Source: Macrostomum lignano (lineage: Eukaryota). Taken from it: 64,000 nt of DNA. Location: positions 124,001-188,000 of the forward strand of contig NIVC01000530.1 in NCBI GenBank assembly GCA_002269645.1. The letters are read 5' to 3'. The notes beneath the pieces are model-generated. The model had not been told where the DNA came from. It saw only the letters and a list, made by a program, of their open reading frames with translations, and did not search any database. Positions 13,235 through 25,429 of this stretch are shown here, in pieces; the stretch's first letter is position 1, and every line of letters begins with the position of its first letter. A program made the translations under genes and the position numbers.

Positions 13235-14460
13235 GAAAGATGAGGGAGACAGTGAGATAGATGAGGAAGATAGTGAGATAGATGAGGGAGACAGTGAGAT
13301 AGATGAGGGAGAGAGTGAGATAGATGAGAGAGAGGGTGAGATAGATGAGGGAGAGTGAGATAGATGAGGGAGAGAGTGAGATAGATGAGAGAGAGAGTGA
13401 GATAGATGAGGGAGAGAGTGAGATAGATGAGGGAGAGAATGAGATAGATGAGAGAGAGAGTGAGATAGATGAGAGAGAGTGAGATAGATGAGGGAGACAG
13501 TAAGATAGATAAGGCAGACAGTGAGATAGATGAGGAAGAGAGTGAGATAGATGAGGGAGAGAGTGAGATAGATGAGGGAGAGTGAGATAGATGAGGGAGA
13601 GAGTGAGATAGATGAGAGAGAGAGTGAGATAGATGAGAGAGAGAGTGAGATAGATGAGGGAGAGAGTGAGATAGATAAGTTTGAGTGTGAGATAGATGAG
13701 GGAAAGAGTGAGATAGATGAAGGAGAGATTGAGATAGATGAGGGAGAGAGTGAGATAGATGAGTTTGAGTGTGAGATAGATGAGGGAGAGAGTGAGATAG
13801 ATGAAGGAGAGATTGAGATAGATGAGGGAGAGAGTGAGATAGATGAGAGAGAGAGTGAGATAGATGAGGGAGAGTGAGATAGATGAAGGAGAGAGTGAGA
13901 TAGATGAGTTTGAGTGTGAGATAGATGAGGGAGAGAGTGAGATGGATGAAGGAGAGAGTGAGATAGATGAGGGAGAGAGTGAGATAGATGAGTTTGAGTG
14001 TGAGATAGATGAGGGAGAGAGTGAGATAGATGAGTTTGAGTGTGAAATAGATGAGGGAGAGAGTGAGATAGATGAGGGAGACAGTGAGATAGATGAGGGA
14101 GAGAGTGAGATAGATGAGGGAGACAGTGAGATAGATGAGGGAGAGAGTGAGATAGATGAGTTTGAGTGTGAAATAGATGAGGGAGAGAGTGAGATAGATG
14201 AGGGAGAGAGTGAGATAGATGAGGGAGAGAGTGAGATAGATGAGGGAGACAGTGAGATAGATGAGGGAGAGAGTGAGATAGATGAGTTTGAGTGTGAGAT
14301 AGATGAGGGAGAGAGTGAGATAGATGAGGGAGAGAGTGAGATAGATGAGGGAGAGAGTGAGATAGATGAGGGAGAGAGTGAGATAGATGAGGGAGAGTGT
14401 GAGATAGATGAGGGAGAGAGTGAGATAGATGAGGGAGAGAGTGAGATAGATGAGGGAAAC
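13235..14460. repeat. 21-bp purine-rich minisatellite (GAGAGTGAGATAGATGAGGGA)
   Basis: Directly visible; about 400 bp beyond the foxA stop codon. Confidence 0.96.
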
Positions 14461-14861
14461 AGTGGGATAGGGTAGGGAGTGTGTGATAGAGGGGCAGAGA
14501 GTCAGACACGTGGAGTCAGGCGGTTTTACAGTGAAAGTGCAGCCCGATAACAGGTATTTATGTACTGTACAAAAGCTACTAAAGAATTCTGCAATACTCG
14601 AATTCAAACTCATGGACAGACTCAGAGAATTCAAAGGTACAAAATACAAACAACGGACAAAAGAAAGGTCAAAAGAGCGTCAGGACAGAGAAAAAAATTT
14701 AACAGCAAAACAGGATAAGAATGCAGATAACTGTTAACTGTAAATATGGGACAAATAGGCATGACGTACCCCACACTAACAACAACAAAAGCTGTTTGTG
14801 TAGCAATGGACAGCTGGATTCTTGAAGGTGGAAACTGCATGTCCGTGGCTTATGGTGCAGC

Positions 14862-15340
14862 TTATAGCGCTCCGCCGCTATGATACTTGTAATAGTACTG
14901 ATGCTGGGCAGCTTCATCAGCCTTCAGCTGCCCGTAACCGGCTGCGGCGTAGCCAGCGGCGCTCATGTCGTTATAGTACTTCAGCTCGCCCGCATGCATC
15001 AGCGAGCTGATGGAGAACGGGTGCGAGTGATGCTGGTGATGCTGAAAATTGCCTACCAGACTCGGGTCCATGTGAGGCATCATTTCGGGAGACAGGAAGT
15101 AGCCGGACATTGACAGCGGGTCCTGCTGCTGCTGCTGCTGCTGATACTGCTGAGAGTACTGCATCTGCTGCTGCTGCTGTTGCTGATGCTGCTGAAGATC
15201 CATACCATCCATTGGATGGCTTTGCTGCTGCTGAAGGTAGTGATGCAGCTCAGTTCCGCCTTGGTGCATCGCCAGCGGCTGCTGAGACTGCTGAGGCTGC
15301 AGTGGCTGCTGCATTTGCATTTGCATGTGCTGTTGGAGCA

Positions 15341-15377
<37 letters not shown>

Positions 15378-16517
15378 AAGGCTGAGACTTGAAGAGGCTC
15401 GACTGCTGCACCGCTCGGAGATACCAGCATCCGGTTCCTCCTTCATCTTGCTGCTGTCGGCCTCGCCGTCCTCGTCGTCGTCACCGCCAGTCGCAGCCCG
15501 GTTGGCCTGCCTGGTGGCCTCCCGCTGCGGATCTTTGAAGCGCTTCTGCCTGCGCAGGTAGCAGCCGTTCTCGAACATGTTGCCGCTGTCCGGGTGCAGC
15601 GTCCAGTAGGAGCCTTTGCCCGGCTTGTCCGGGCTGCGCGGCACCTTCAGAAAGCAGTCGTTGAATGACAGCGAGTGCCTGATGGAGTTCTGCCAGCGCT
15701 GCTGGTTCTGCCTGTAGTAAGGGAACAAATCCATGATGAACTGGTAGATCTCCGCCAGGGTGCACATCTTCTGGGGCGACTGTTGAATAGCCATGGTGAT
15801 GAGGCTGATGTAGCTGTAAGGCGGTTTAGCGTGAGTGTAGCTTCGTCTGTAGGCCGCCGCCGCTGCCGCTGCGGCCGCTGCTTTGCCGCCGTCCAGACAG
15901 CCGCTCATGACTGCCGCAGCCGCTGCAGCCGCTCCCGGATGCTGCTGCTGAATCTGCTGCAGATGATGATGCTGCTGCTGCTGCGATGGATGCTGCGAAT
16001 GATGCAGCTGTTGATGCTGCTGTTGTTGCTGTTGAAGATGGTGCAGATGGTGCTGCGGCGGCTGCTGCTGCTGCTGATGCAGATGATGCGGATGCTGGAC
16101 GGCCTGATGATGCTGCAGAGCGCCGCCTCCGCCAGCTGTTGAGTCGCTCGAATAAGCGGCAGCAGCGGCAGCAGCGGCGGCAGCGCTGGCCCCGGTCGGG
16201 TAGCAGGAGACTGCAGCAGCGGCCGCGGCAGCAGCGGCAGCAGCAGCGGCAGCCGCAGCAGCCGCCGCAGAGCCCGGAGCGTTGGACATCGTTGAGGAAG
16301 TGACCCCGGCCAGCGGGTCGCTGTACAGGGCGGCAGAAGCCGACTCCGACGGCGCGGACGAAGTCGAAGCCGCTGTCGGCAGGTCGATGTCGGTACCGCT
16401 ATCGGCGTGAAGGTCGCCGCCGCCGCCGCCGCAGCCGCCGTTACTGCTGCCGTTGACGCCTGCGCCGTCGTTAGACAACGACGAGGCGGCGCCGGCGCCG
16501 CCACCGGCGCTGAGCAT
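14862..16517 (-). CDS. foxA: Forkhead box A transcription factor, single coding exon, about 551 aa
   Basis: Forkhead domain [23 protein letters not shown]...[16 protein letters not shown]...[29 protein letters not shown] is FoxA-diagnostic; C-terminal EH1-like HPFSISSLM; first ATG (MLSAGG) at 16517. Confidence 0.97.
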
Positions 16518-17196
16518 TCCGCCGCGCGCGGCAGGGGGGTCGGCAGTGGGCGAGAGGGAAGACTTCAAGGAATTAAGAAACGAGGATCTCTGCAGTATAA
16601 TAGTTGAACAAAGTTTGTTTTCAGTGGATTATGGGAGGGAGGGGGCGGCAGGGCGCCTCCGTGCACAGGCGGCCCGGCGCGGTTTTTAGCAAACAAGAAT
16701 TCGATCAATGACAAACTTCTAGGAGAACAGCGCGCGGATTACACAGTACACACAGACTATAGCCAGCGAAGACTTTGATTTCGAAGAAGAGGTTGAGGCT
16801 GAAGGAGCTCAGGATTTGTGTGCGCTCGCGTGTGTGTGCGCTGTGTGCCCTCTCCGGGGCGGCGGGGGAGGCGGTGGTTGCCGAGGGGTTGGCTATAGCT
16901 GGCTGGCGTTTATGCGCGAGATTCGCGATAGAGGAGGCGCGGAGTAAGGGGGTCGCTCGCAAGGTTTGGCCTGGGCAAATTTGCTAACTCTGATTGCTCT
17001 GCTCTCGGGCAGCGCCGCGGCCTGTGGGGGAGCATAAATTCTCGAACCGGGCTGGGGAGGTGGCGGACCTTTGAGAAGAAAAGACGCGGAGCCTCGGAGC
17101 TCAGCTCAATGAAAGGCAAATGGAGGGAGAGTCCGGCTAGGGAGCTCCAAGCCAGAAGCGCTCTGCAGCCAGGATTCTTTGTGCCGGAGCTTCCTG

Positions 17197-17234
17197 ATTG
17201 GCTGCAGTTCGACCCCCAACTCATAGCCTATTGG
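17197..17234 (-). promoter_or_regulatory. Pair of NF-Y-type CCAAT boxes (CAGCCAATCAG, CAGCCAATAGG) upstream of foxA
   Basis: ATTGG on + at 17197 and 17230, 33 bp apart, at the end of a CpG-rich stretch about 0.7 kb upstream of the foxA ATG. Confidence 0.5.
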
Positions 17235-17324
17235 CTGCGACACACAACTGTGCCGCTCTGAGTGTTCTCAAACTCCAGTCATGATGATGCATGGACTCAG
17301 TTTTAAAACGACTGTTGGCTACTG

Positions 17325-18430
17325 ACAGCTGGCTGCAATGCGCCATCCAATTTGGCGCCCTTCCCATTGTGACATAGCTGACAATGCGCCATCCAATTTG
17401 GCGCCCCTCCCATTGTGAATAGCTGACAATGCACCATCAAATTAGCGCCCCCTCCCATTGTGAATAGCTGACAATGCACCATCAAATTAGCGCCCCCTCC
17501 CATTGTGAATAGCTGACAATGCACCATCAACTTAGCGCCCCCTCCCATTGTGAATAGCTGACAATGCACCATCAAATTAGCGCCCCCTCCCATTGTGAAT
17601 AGCTGACAATGCACCATCAACTTAGCGCCCCCTCCCATTGCGAATAGCTGACAATGCACCATCAACTTAGCGCCCCCTCCCATTGTGAATAGCTGACAAT
17701 GCACCATCAACTTAGCGCCCCCTCCCATTGTGAATAGCTGACAATGCACCATCAACTTAGCGCCCCCTCCCATTGTGAATAGCTGACAATGCACCATCAA
17801 ATTAGCGCCCCCTCCAATTGTGAATAGCTGACAATGCACCATCAACTTAGCGCCCCCTCCCATTGTGAATAGCTGACAATGCACCATCAAATTAGCGCCC
17901 CTCCCATTGTGAATAGCTGACAATGCACCATCAACTTAGCGCCCCCTCCCATTGTGAATAGCTGACAATGCACCATCAACTTAGCGCCCCCTCCCATTTT
18001 GAATAGATGACAATGCACCATCAACTTAGCGCCCCCTCCCATTGTGAATAGCTGACAATGCACCATCAAATTAGCGCCCCCTCCCATTGTGAATAGCTGA
18101 CAATGCACCATCAAATTAGCGCCCCCTCCCATTGTGAATAGCTGACAATGCACCATCAACTTAGCGCCCCCTCCCATTGTGAATAGCTGACAATGCACCA
18201 TCAAATTAGCGCCCCCTCCCATTGTGAATAGCTGACAATGCACCATCAACTTAGCGCCCCCTCCCATTGTGAATAGCTGACAATGCACCATCAAATTAGC
18301 GCCCCCTCCCATTGTGAATAGCTGACAATGCACCATCAACTTAGCGCCCCCTCCCATTGTGAATAGCTGACAATGCACCATCAACTTAGCGCCCCCTCCC
18401 ATTTTGAATAGATGACAATGCGCCATTTAA
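17325..18430. repeat. 45-bp minisatellite (TGAATAGCTGACAATGCACCATCAA[A/C]TTAGCGCCCCCTCCCATTG), about 24 copies
   Basis: Period 45 confirmed (17461 to 17506); immediately upstream of the foxA promoter region. Confidence 0.97.
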
Positions 18431-19601
18431 TTCGTCGCCCCATGTCGACAAAACAACGTCATGAACATTCCTAAATAACAGAATCCAGAAACACAAAAAA
18501 CATTTTTATTTAGACAATTAAAAGCGTGCCAAGTGGGTGATTTATTTATTAATTAGCCTCCTAGTTGAATTGTATATAGATTAAATTAAATTAAAAGATT
18601 ATATTGCACTTTCCATTGCAAATTTATCAAATAAAACTCTTGTGTGTGTACTTACTCCAGAGTGCTAGACAGATGTCAGACTGGATGCCAGACTGGCTGT
18701 CGGAGGCTGTTGTTGTGAAACAGAAAATTTCAGACAGTTTTAGCTCAAAAAACCATGGCTCAGTAAATCTTCTGCGTTCAAATATTACTATTGAAAACAA
18801 GTATTGCACGAACAGTAGGATGGTACTTATATAGCTAGCAGTAGTAGTATAGATAGAGTGCAGTAAGAAAAAAGCAAAGAATTAATCGCAAAAATTGATA
18901 AATTTATCAAATAGTAAAGTAAATAAAGATGATTGAAGCAAAAGAAGGAAAATTGCCAATTTGAAGAAAACAGACAATACTTAATGCTGACACACAGAAT
19001 ACCATGTCTGATACACCTATAATAAACAACTATTAAGTATTAATTAATTAATTATTATTAAATTAAACTAGTAAAACAACAGACACTGCTGTTACTATAC
19101 GGTTTATCTATTTATAAATTAATATAGTTGCGTATAACAAAAACTGCGAGGAATGCGACCAAGTATAAAATTGAATAGAAATAATTAAGTATTTAAGCTA
19201 TGCAAAATTAGTAAAGCAAAACACTAACAATGCAAAGGAACCCAAGTAGTAAAAAGAAAAATTAAAAAATAAATACTTATTGCACCCAAATTTTCTAGAA
19301 TAGATACGCCAATGTCGCTACTGACTTGAGTATACTACACTAGTAGTAGTTGTTGCAATTTAAAAATATGACTGCAGAGAGGAAAATATAATAATGTAAG
19401 ATTTAAGTTGACAATATTTATAGTAACCATATTTATTAAATAGTAAAGTCTTTGTACGGGGACACAGCGACAGAAGTATATTTTGCGACAGACACACAAT
19501 TTCTCTTAATTAAAGTCCAATATTATTGTTAATAATAAACAATTTTTATAAGTCTTGGCTTTGCCCGAATTTTTTTCAGCTCGACAGAAGATCCAAATTT
19601 C

Positions 19602-19630
19602 TTATTTTGTAGTCATCATGGTGACGAATT
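19602..19630 (-). CDS. cam: Calmodulin distal alternative last exon (E)FVTMMTTK*
   Basis: tttgcag|AA TTC GTC ACC ATG ATG ACT ACA AAA TAA; phase 1 matches the exon 2 donor. Confidence 0.75.
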
Positions 19631-19734
19631 CTGCAAATGATACAAATAAGAGGTTATTTACGATGCATGTTTTTAACGGTGGTAATTTTTATGCAGAATT
19701 AAAATTATGCTTGAAATATTCAGGCCAGAGATCT

Positions 19735-21175
19735 TCAGCAATAGTAACTTCAGGTCAGAAATCTTCAGGGAAAAGAACTTCAGATCAGAGATCTTCAGGG
19801 AAAAGAACTTCAGGTAAGAAATCTTCAGGGAAAAGAACTTCAGATCAGAGATCTTCAGGGAAAAGAACTTCAGGTCAGAAATCTTCAGGGAAAAGAACTT
19901 CAGATCAGAGATCTTCAGGGAAAAGAACTTCAGGTAAGAAATCTTCAGGGAAAAGAACTTCAGATCAGAGATCTTCAGGGAAAAGAACTTCAGGTCAGAA
20001 ATCTTCAGGGAAAAGAACTTCAGATCAGAGATCTTCAGGGAAAAGAACTTCAGGTAAGAAATCTTCAGGGAAAAGAACTTCAGATCAGAGATCTTCAGGG
20101 AAAAGAACTTCAGGTCAGAAATCTTCAGGGAAAAGAACTTCAGATCAGAGATCTTCAGGGAAAAGAACTTCAGGTAAGAAATCTTCAGGGAAAAGAACTT
20201 CAGATCAGAGATCTTCAGGGAAAAGAACTTCAGGTAAGAAATCTTCAGGGAAAAGAACTTCAGATCAGAGATCTTCAGGGAAAAGAACTTCAGGTCAGAA
20301 ATCTTCAGGGAAAAGAACTTCAGGTCAGAAATCTTCAGGGAAAAGAACTTCAGATCAGAGATCTTCAGGGAAAAGAACTTCAGGTAAGAAATCTTCAGGG
20401 AAAAGAACTTCAGATCAGAGATCTTCAGGGAAAAGAACTTCAGGTCAGAAATCTTCAGGGAAAAGAACTTCAGATCAGAGATCTTCAGGGAAAAGAACTT
20501 CAGGTAAGAAATCTTCAGGGAAAAGAACTTCAGATCAGAGATCTTCAGGGAAAAGAACTTCAGGTCAGAAATCTTCAGGGAAAAGAACTTCAGATCAGAG
20601 ATCTTCAGGGAAAAGAACTTCAGGTAAGAAATCTTCAGGGAAAAGAACTTCAGATCAGAGATCTTCAGGGAAAAGAACTTCAGGTAAGAAATCTTCAGGG
20701 AAAAGAACTTCAGATCAGAGATCTTCAGGGAAAAGAACTTCAGGTAAGAAATCTTCAGGGAAAAGAACTTCAGATCAGAGATCTTCAGGGAAAAGAACTT
20801 CAGGTAAGAAATCTTCAGGGAAAAGAACTTCAGATCAGAGATCTTCAGGGAAAAGAACTTCAGGTCAGAAATCTTCAGGGAAAAGAACTTCAGGTCAGAA
20901 ATCTTCAGGGAAAAGAACTTCAGATCAGAGATCTTCAGGGAAAAGAACTTCAGGTAAGAAATCTTCAGGGAAAAGAACTTCAGATCAGAGATCTTCAGGG
21001 AAAAGAACTTTAGGTCAGAAATCTTCAGGGAAAAGAACTTCAGATCAGAGATCTTCAGGGAAAAGAACTTCAGGTAAGAAATCTTCAGTGAAAAGAACCT
21101 TATGTCAGAGGACTTCAGGGAAAGGAACTTCAGGTCAGAGAACTTCAGGGAAAAGAACTTCAGGTCAGAGATCTG
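19735..21175. repeat. 30-bp minisatellite with 60/120-bp higher-order alternation (AAAAGAACTTCAG[GTCAGAA/GTAAGAA/ATCAGAG]ATCTTCAGGG)
   Basis: Directly visible; lies between the two calmodulin last exons. Confidence 0.97.
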
Positions 21176-21563
21176 CAGAACTTATGAAAATTTTACTGTA
21201 CCGTATTTATCTTTTTTACCACAGCTTTGCTGACAGGTAAACTAATAAATAATGTTGAGAATTAGATACAGAAAAACGATTTAAATTTAATAAAACGATT
21301 CTACAAGAAATTTGGTAGAAATCGCGAGGCAAATAATTTCAGAACCTGAAACAATCAGTTGAAAAGAGATTAACAAAGTCATAACTGTTTCTCCAACCAA
21401 AGATTAAGTAAGCCTACCATGATTTCGAGATTCACTACCAATCATTGAAAAGATTAGGAAATTTTTAGTGTAATAAAAAACAAGTAATTAAAATTTGAAA
21501 GTCAATTAAAATTAATAATTTTAAATAAACAAAACAAATTCTCCCGTTAGCAAATTAGTGACC

Positions 21564-21592
21564 TTATTTTGTGGTCATCATTTTGACAAACT
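21564..21592 (-). CDS. cam: Calmodulin proximal last exon (E)FVKMMTTK*
   Basis: ttgcag|AG TTT GTC AAA ATG ATG ACC ACA AAA TAA; completes the phase-1 Glu codon from exon 2 and gives a 149-aa CaM. Confidence 0.88.
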
Positions 21593-21829
21593 CTGCAATT
21601 GGTAACAAAAATGTTTAAATTGACAACACCGAATATTATGTAAAAAATCGTTGCTCAATGCTAATTCAGAAAAAAACTTACTATATAAATAAGACACAAC
21701 ACAACGCGTGTAATATAAACGTTTTTAGTAAATAAAGCATTATGCTCGGATGAGTCATTAACTAATTTAATAGGAATTCGAAATAAATTACACAAATTAG
21801 GAGTTTAAAGACAATTAATTTAGGGAATC

Positions 21830-22492
21830 TCAAATCCTCAATCCTAAATAGGGGATCTGGGAGATCTCAAATCCTCAATCCTAAATAGGGGATCTGGGAG
21901 ATCTCAAATCCTCAATCCTGAATGGGGGATCTGGGAGATTTCAGATCCTCAATCCTGAATAGGGGATCTGGGAGATTTCAGATCCTCAATCCTGAATAGG
22001 GGATCTGGAATATTTTAGATCCTCAATCCTGAATAGGGGATCTGGGAGATTTCAGATCCTCAATCCTAAATAGGGGATCTGGGATATTTTAGATCCTCAA
22101 TCCTGAATAGGGGATCTGGGAGATTTCAGATCCTCAATCCTGAATAGGGGATCTGGGAGATTTCAGATCCTCAATCCTGAATAGGGGATCTGGGAGATTT
22201 CAGATCCTCAATCCTGAATAGGGGATCTGGGAGATTTCAGATCCTCAATCCTGAATAGGGGATCTGGGAGATTTCAGATCCTCAATCCTGAATAGGGGAT
22301 CTGGGAGATTTCAGATCCTCAATCCTGAATAGGGGATCTGGGAGATTTCAGATCCTCAATCCTGAATAGGGGATCTGGGAGATTTCAGATCCTCAATCCT
22401 GAATAGGGGATCTGGGAGATTTCAGATCCTCAATCCTGAATAGGGGATCTGGGAGATTTCAGATCCTCAATCCTGAATAGGGGATCTGGGAG
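21830..22492. repeat. 37-bp minisatellite in calmodulin intron 2 (GATCCTCAATCCTGAATAGGGGATCTGGGAGATTTCA)
   Basis: Period 37 confirmed (22141 to 22178). Confidence 0.97.
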
Positions 22493-22546
22493 GTTCCCTT
22501 AAAATTATTTATTTTCTATAAAAAATTATTTTTTATACTTTTTTCA

Positions 22547-22996
<450 letters not shown>

Positions 22997-24903
22997 TTAT
23001 TTGGCAATAGATTCAAATGCGTACTTAGCTCCAGAGATAGCATGGTAGCTTAATCCTGTCTGATCCCAGACTCTTTTACAACTCACATAATGCATTGTGA
23101 CTTAAAGTCGCCTCTCTATCAAATTACAGTCGTTTGACTTATGCCTAGTAAAAAATTAAAACTGCTAGCATATTGAAGTATCTGAATCAGAGTGGTCAAA
23201 ACTGTGCATTGGATTTAATGTACTTTTTCTTTCTATCATTTAGTTTATTGTGCTCATGCCATACTACTAACTATAGATAGATTTACAACAAACATCAGAT
23301 ACTTGAATATAGAATATATCTATAACCAAAGAGATTTTACCCATTTCAATTGAATCTTTGTAAAAATTTAGAAAATAATCAGAATAACTTATCAAATCTC
23401 TGTAATTAAAAAGGCATGCAAAAATAAAAAACAGGTGAAAATTATATATACAAGCTTGAGGAAATAAGTATCATCTGATTAAATACCAACAGTAAAGAAT
23501 GTTTTAATATATAAATAAATTAAATTAAATTTTGAAAGCTTTACCAAATTTGATGTTACTTACAGTAGTCTAAAATGAAGTCATATCAAATGAAATTAGA
23601 TGCAAATTAGTAAGTTACTTAACTAATTTGACTATTTATTATACAACTTAATTTATTTATCATAAACTTGAAAAGAAGTATCTTTTTAATTGTCATAGTA
23701 TAAAAACTTACAAAATTATTCTATAACATTAAAAGTATGTTATAGTCTAAATCTAAACTTGGTTTGCATTATACTTTGATCTATTTTATTATAAAAATAT
23801 TTGGTTCTAATAGATATAAGCAAAATGGCAAAAGTTTTGGCATGGGTATGGCATGGCATGGCACCAAAAGGTATGACATGGTACAGTTTTTAGGTAAATG
23901 GCAGGAGTAACTATGACTGTCTTATCTAGAGATGACCTGAAATTTTGGGCATTTTCATTGAAAATTTTTGGGTATTATTCTTTTGGGTACATTGATACCC
24001 AAAATTTCAAGCTCACTGTCTTTTATCTAAAGCTGAGCAGATCGATTGACAAACCAGCCAGGTTTAATGCATATCTCCTGCTAGATGGCTACCAATTCAA
24101 ATGCAAAACTTATATGTATGAATGCAGATTTTTTGTAACCTTTTTTGGCCAGTCTGCCTCTCCAATGGAAGGATTGCAGCCTGTTTGTAAAAATAGCCAC
24201 CCCAACCTCTGCTTGCAGGTCTTGTATTGGAGGGATGGGTGTGTTCAATGCAAATAAAACCCCAGCATGTTGGGGGTTCAATTAAATTTAATGATTTCCC
24301 CAAAATGGAGGGGGGTTGGGCTTGGGCTAAGTATATATAGCAGTTGTAACAGTAAGCAGATAGCTAGGGCTGTGCCAAGATTTAATTGGTTTTAATATCG
24401 GCGCATTTCCCTATGTATTAGCTGAGCAATGAAATTACCTTAACACTAAAGTCCAAGCTATGTACTGATAGGGGATTGACAGGATACTAGACATACCATA
24501 GTCAGAATTAGTGAATCAATCTGAATCAATCAATGGATAGTAATGTCCAATCCAGTATAGGATAGCCCCAAATGGACATTGGGGATATAGACAATGCCAA
24601 AGGAATTCCTCAATGTGTGCATCAAAGTCGAAGAGAGCATCGCTCGTGCTATGCATGTTGCAGATCTTGCACTTTGCGTGGGCCTATGTGCCCTCCATGG
24701 TGTTGGTGTGGACTGTTGGGTCTGCTGGATCTACGAAGTGCAGCCGATGGGAAATGAGAAATTGAAGCTCAAAAAACAAGCAGCTCACAAGCAACAGCTC
24801 CCTTAAACTGACACCCCCTTAAACTCTGTTCGCTCAAACTTTTGGCCATAGACACATTGCCAATTGATGTCATTTGACTCGGTGGTACAAATTCAATATG
24901 TTA

Positions 24904-25077
24904 AAATAATTTACTGAACGGAAGTGTAGGATTGCCAATAAATCTTATTCTTAAAATGGCATAATTGGTTTCCCACTTTAAGTAAATGTATATATTTAAG
25001 TAAAGTGGGAAACCAATTATGCCATTTTAAGAATAAGATTTATCGGCAATCCTACACTTCCGTTCAGTAAATTATTT
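24904..25077. mobile_element. Foldback/MITE-like hairpin: 77-bp arms with 1 mismatch and a 20-nt loop, in calmodulin intron 1
   Basis: 24904-24980 is the reverse complement of 25001-25077 apart from one difference (CCAAT vs CCGAT). Confidence 0.8.
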
Positions 25078-25426
25078 AAGACTAACTTATTTAATTATCT
25101 AGTTTTTTTCAATTTTTTTTAAAAATATAAAAGTAAAAACTAAGAAGTCAACAAGTCACAGCATATTAGTATGAAGTAGGAAAAAAAGCAGGTTGCTGAA
25201 TTGCCAATCTAGAAAATAATCCAGAATGCCAAAAACAAATCACACTATTGTATTGCTTTGATGCAATATAGGAATTATTATTAAAAACTAATTTTTAGCT
25301 TGTTTGATCTCATTAGAGAATGACTAAAATATAACTTTGTTGCTAATATTTATCCATTCAATTTTGAAATGTAGTAAGTAGTTTCTTTTTTATTTAGGCC
25401 CTAATCTCCATCAAAACATAACTTAC

Positions 25427-25429
25427 CAT
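25427..25429 (-). CDS. cam: Calmodulin initiator ATG at the end of the first coding exon
   Basis: aaaaATG|gtaagt; an intron directly after the ATG is the conserved metazoan calmodulin arrangement, and phase 0 fits exon 2. Confidence 0.8.

Noticed and set aside
11341-14649. ORFs of 300-485 aa (CLS/QTKTG/SHSLPHL/ESEIDEG repeats)
   Set aside because: Shadow ORFs of stop-free minisatellites
19555-21240. 561-aa Ser/Gly/Lys/Arg-rich ORF resembling a protamine-like protein
   Set aside because: TTG start, made almost entirely of the 30-bp array, and antisense to and overlapping a calmodulin exon
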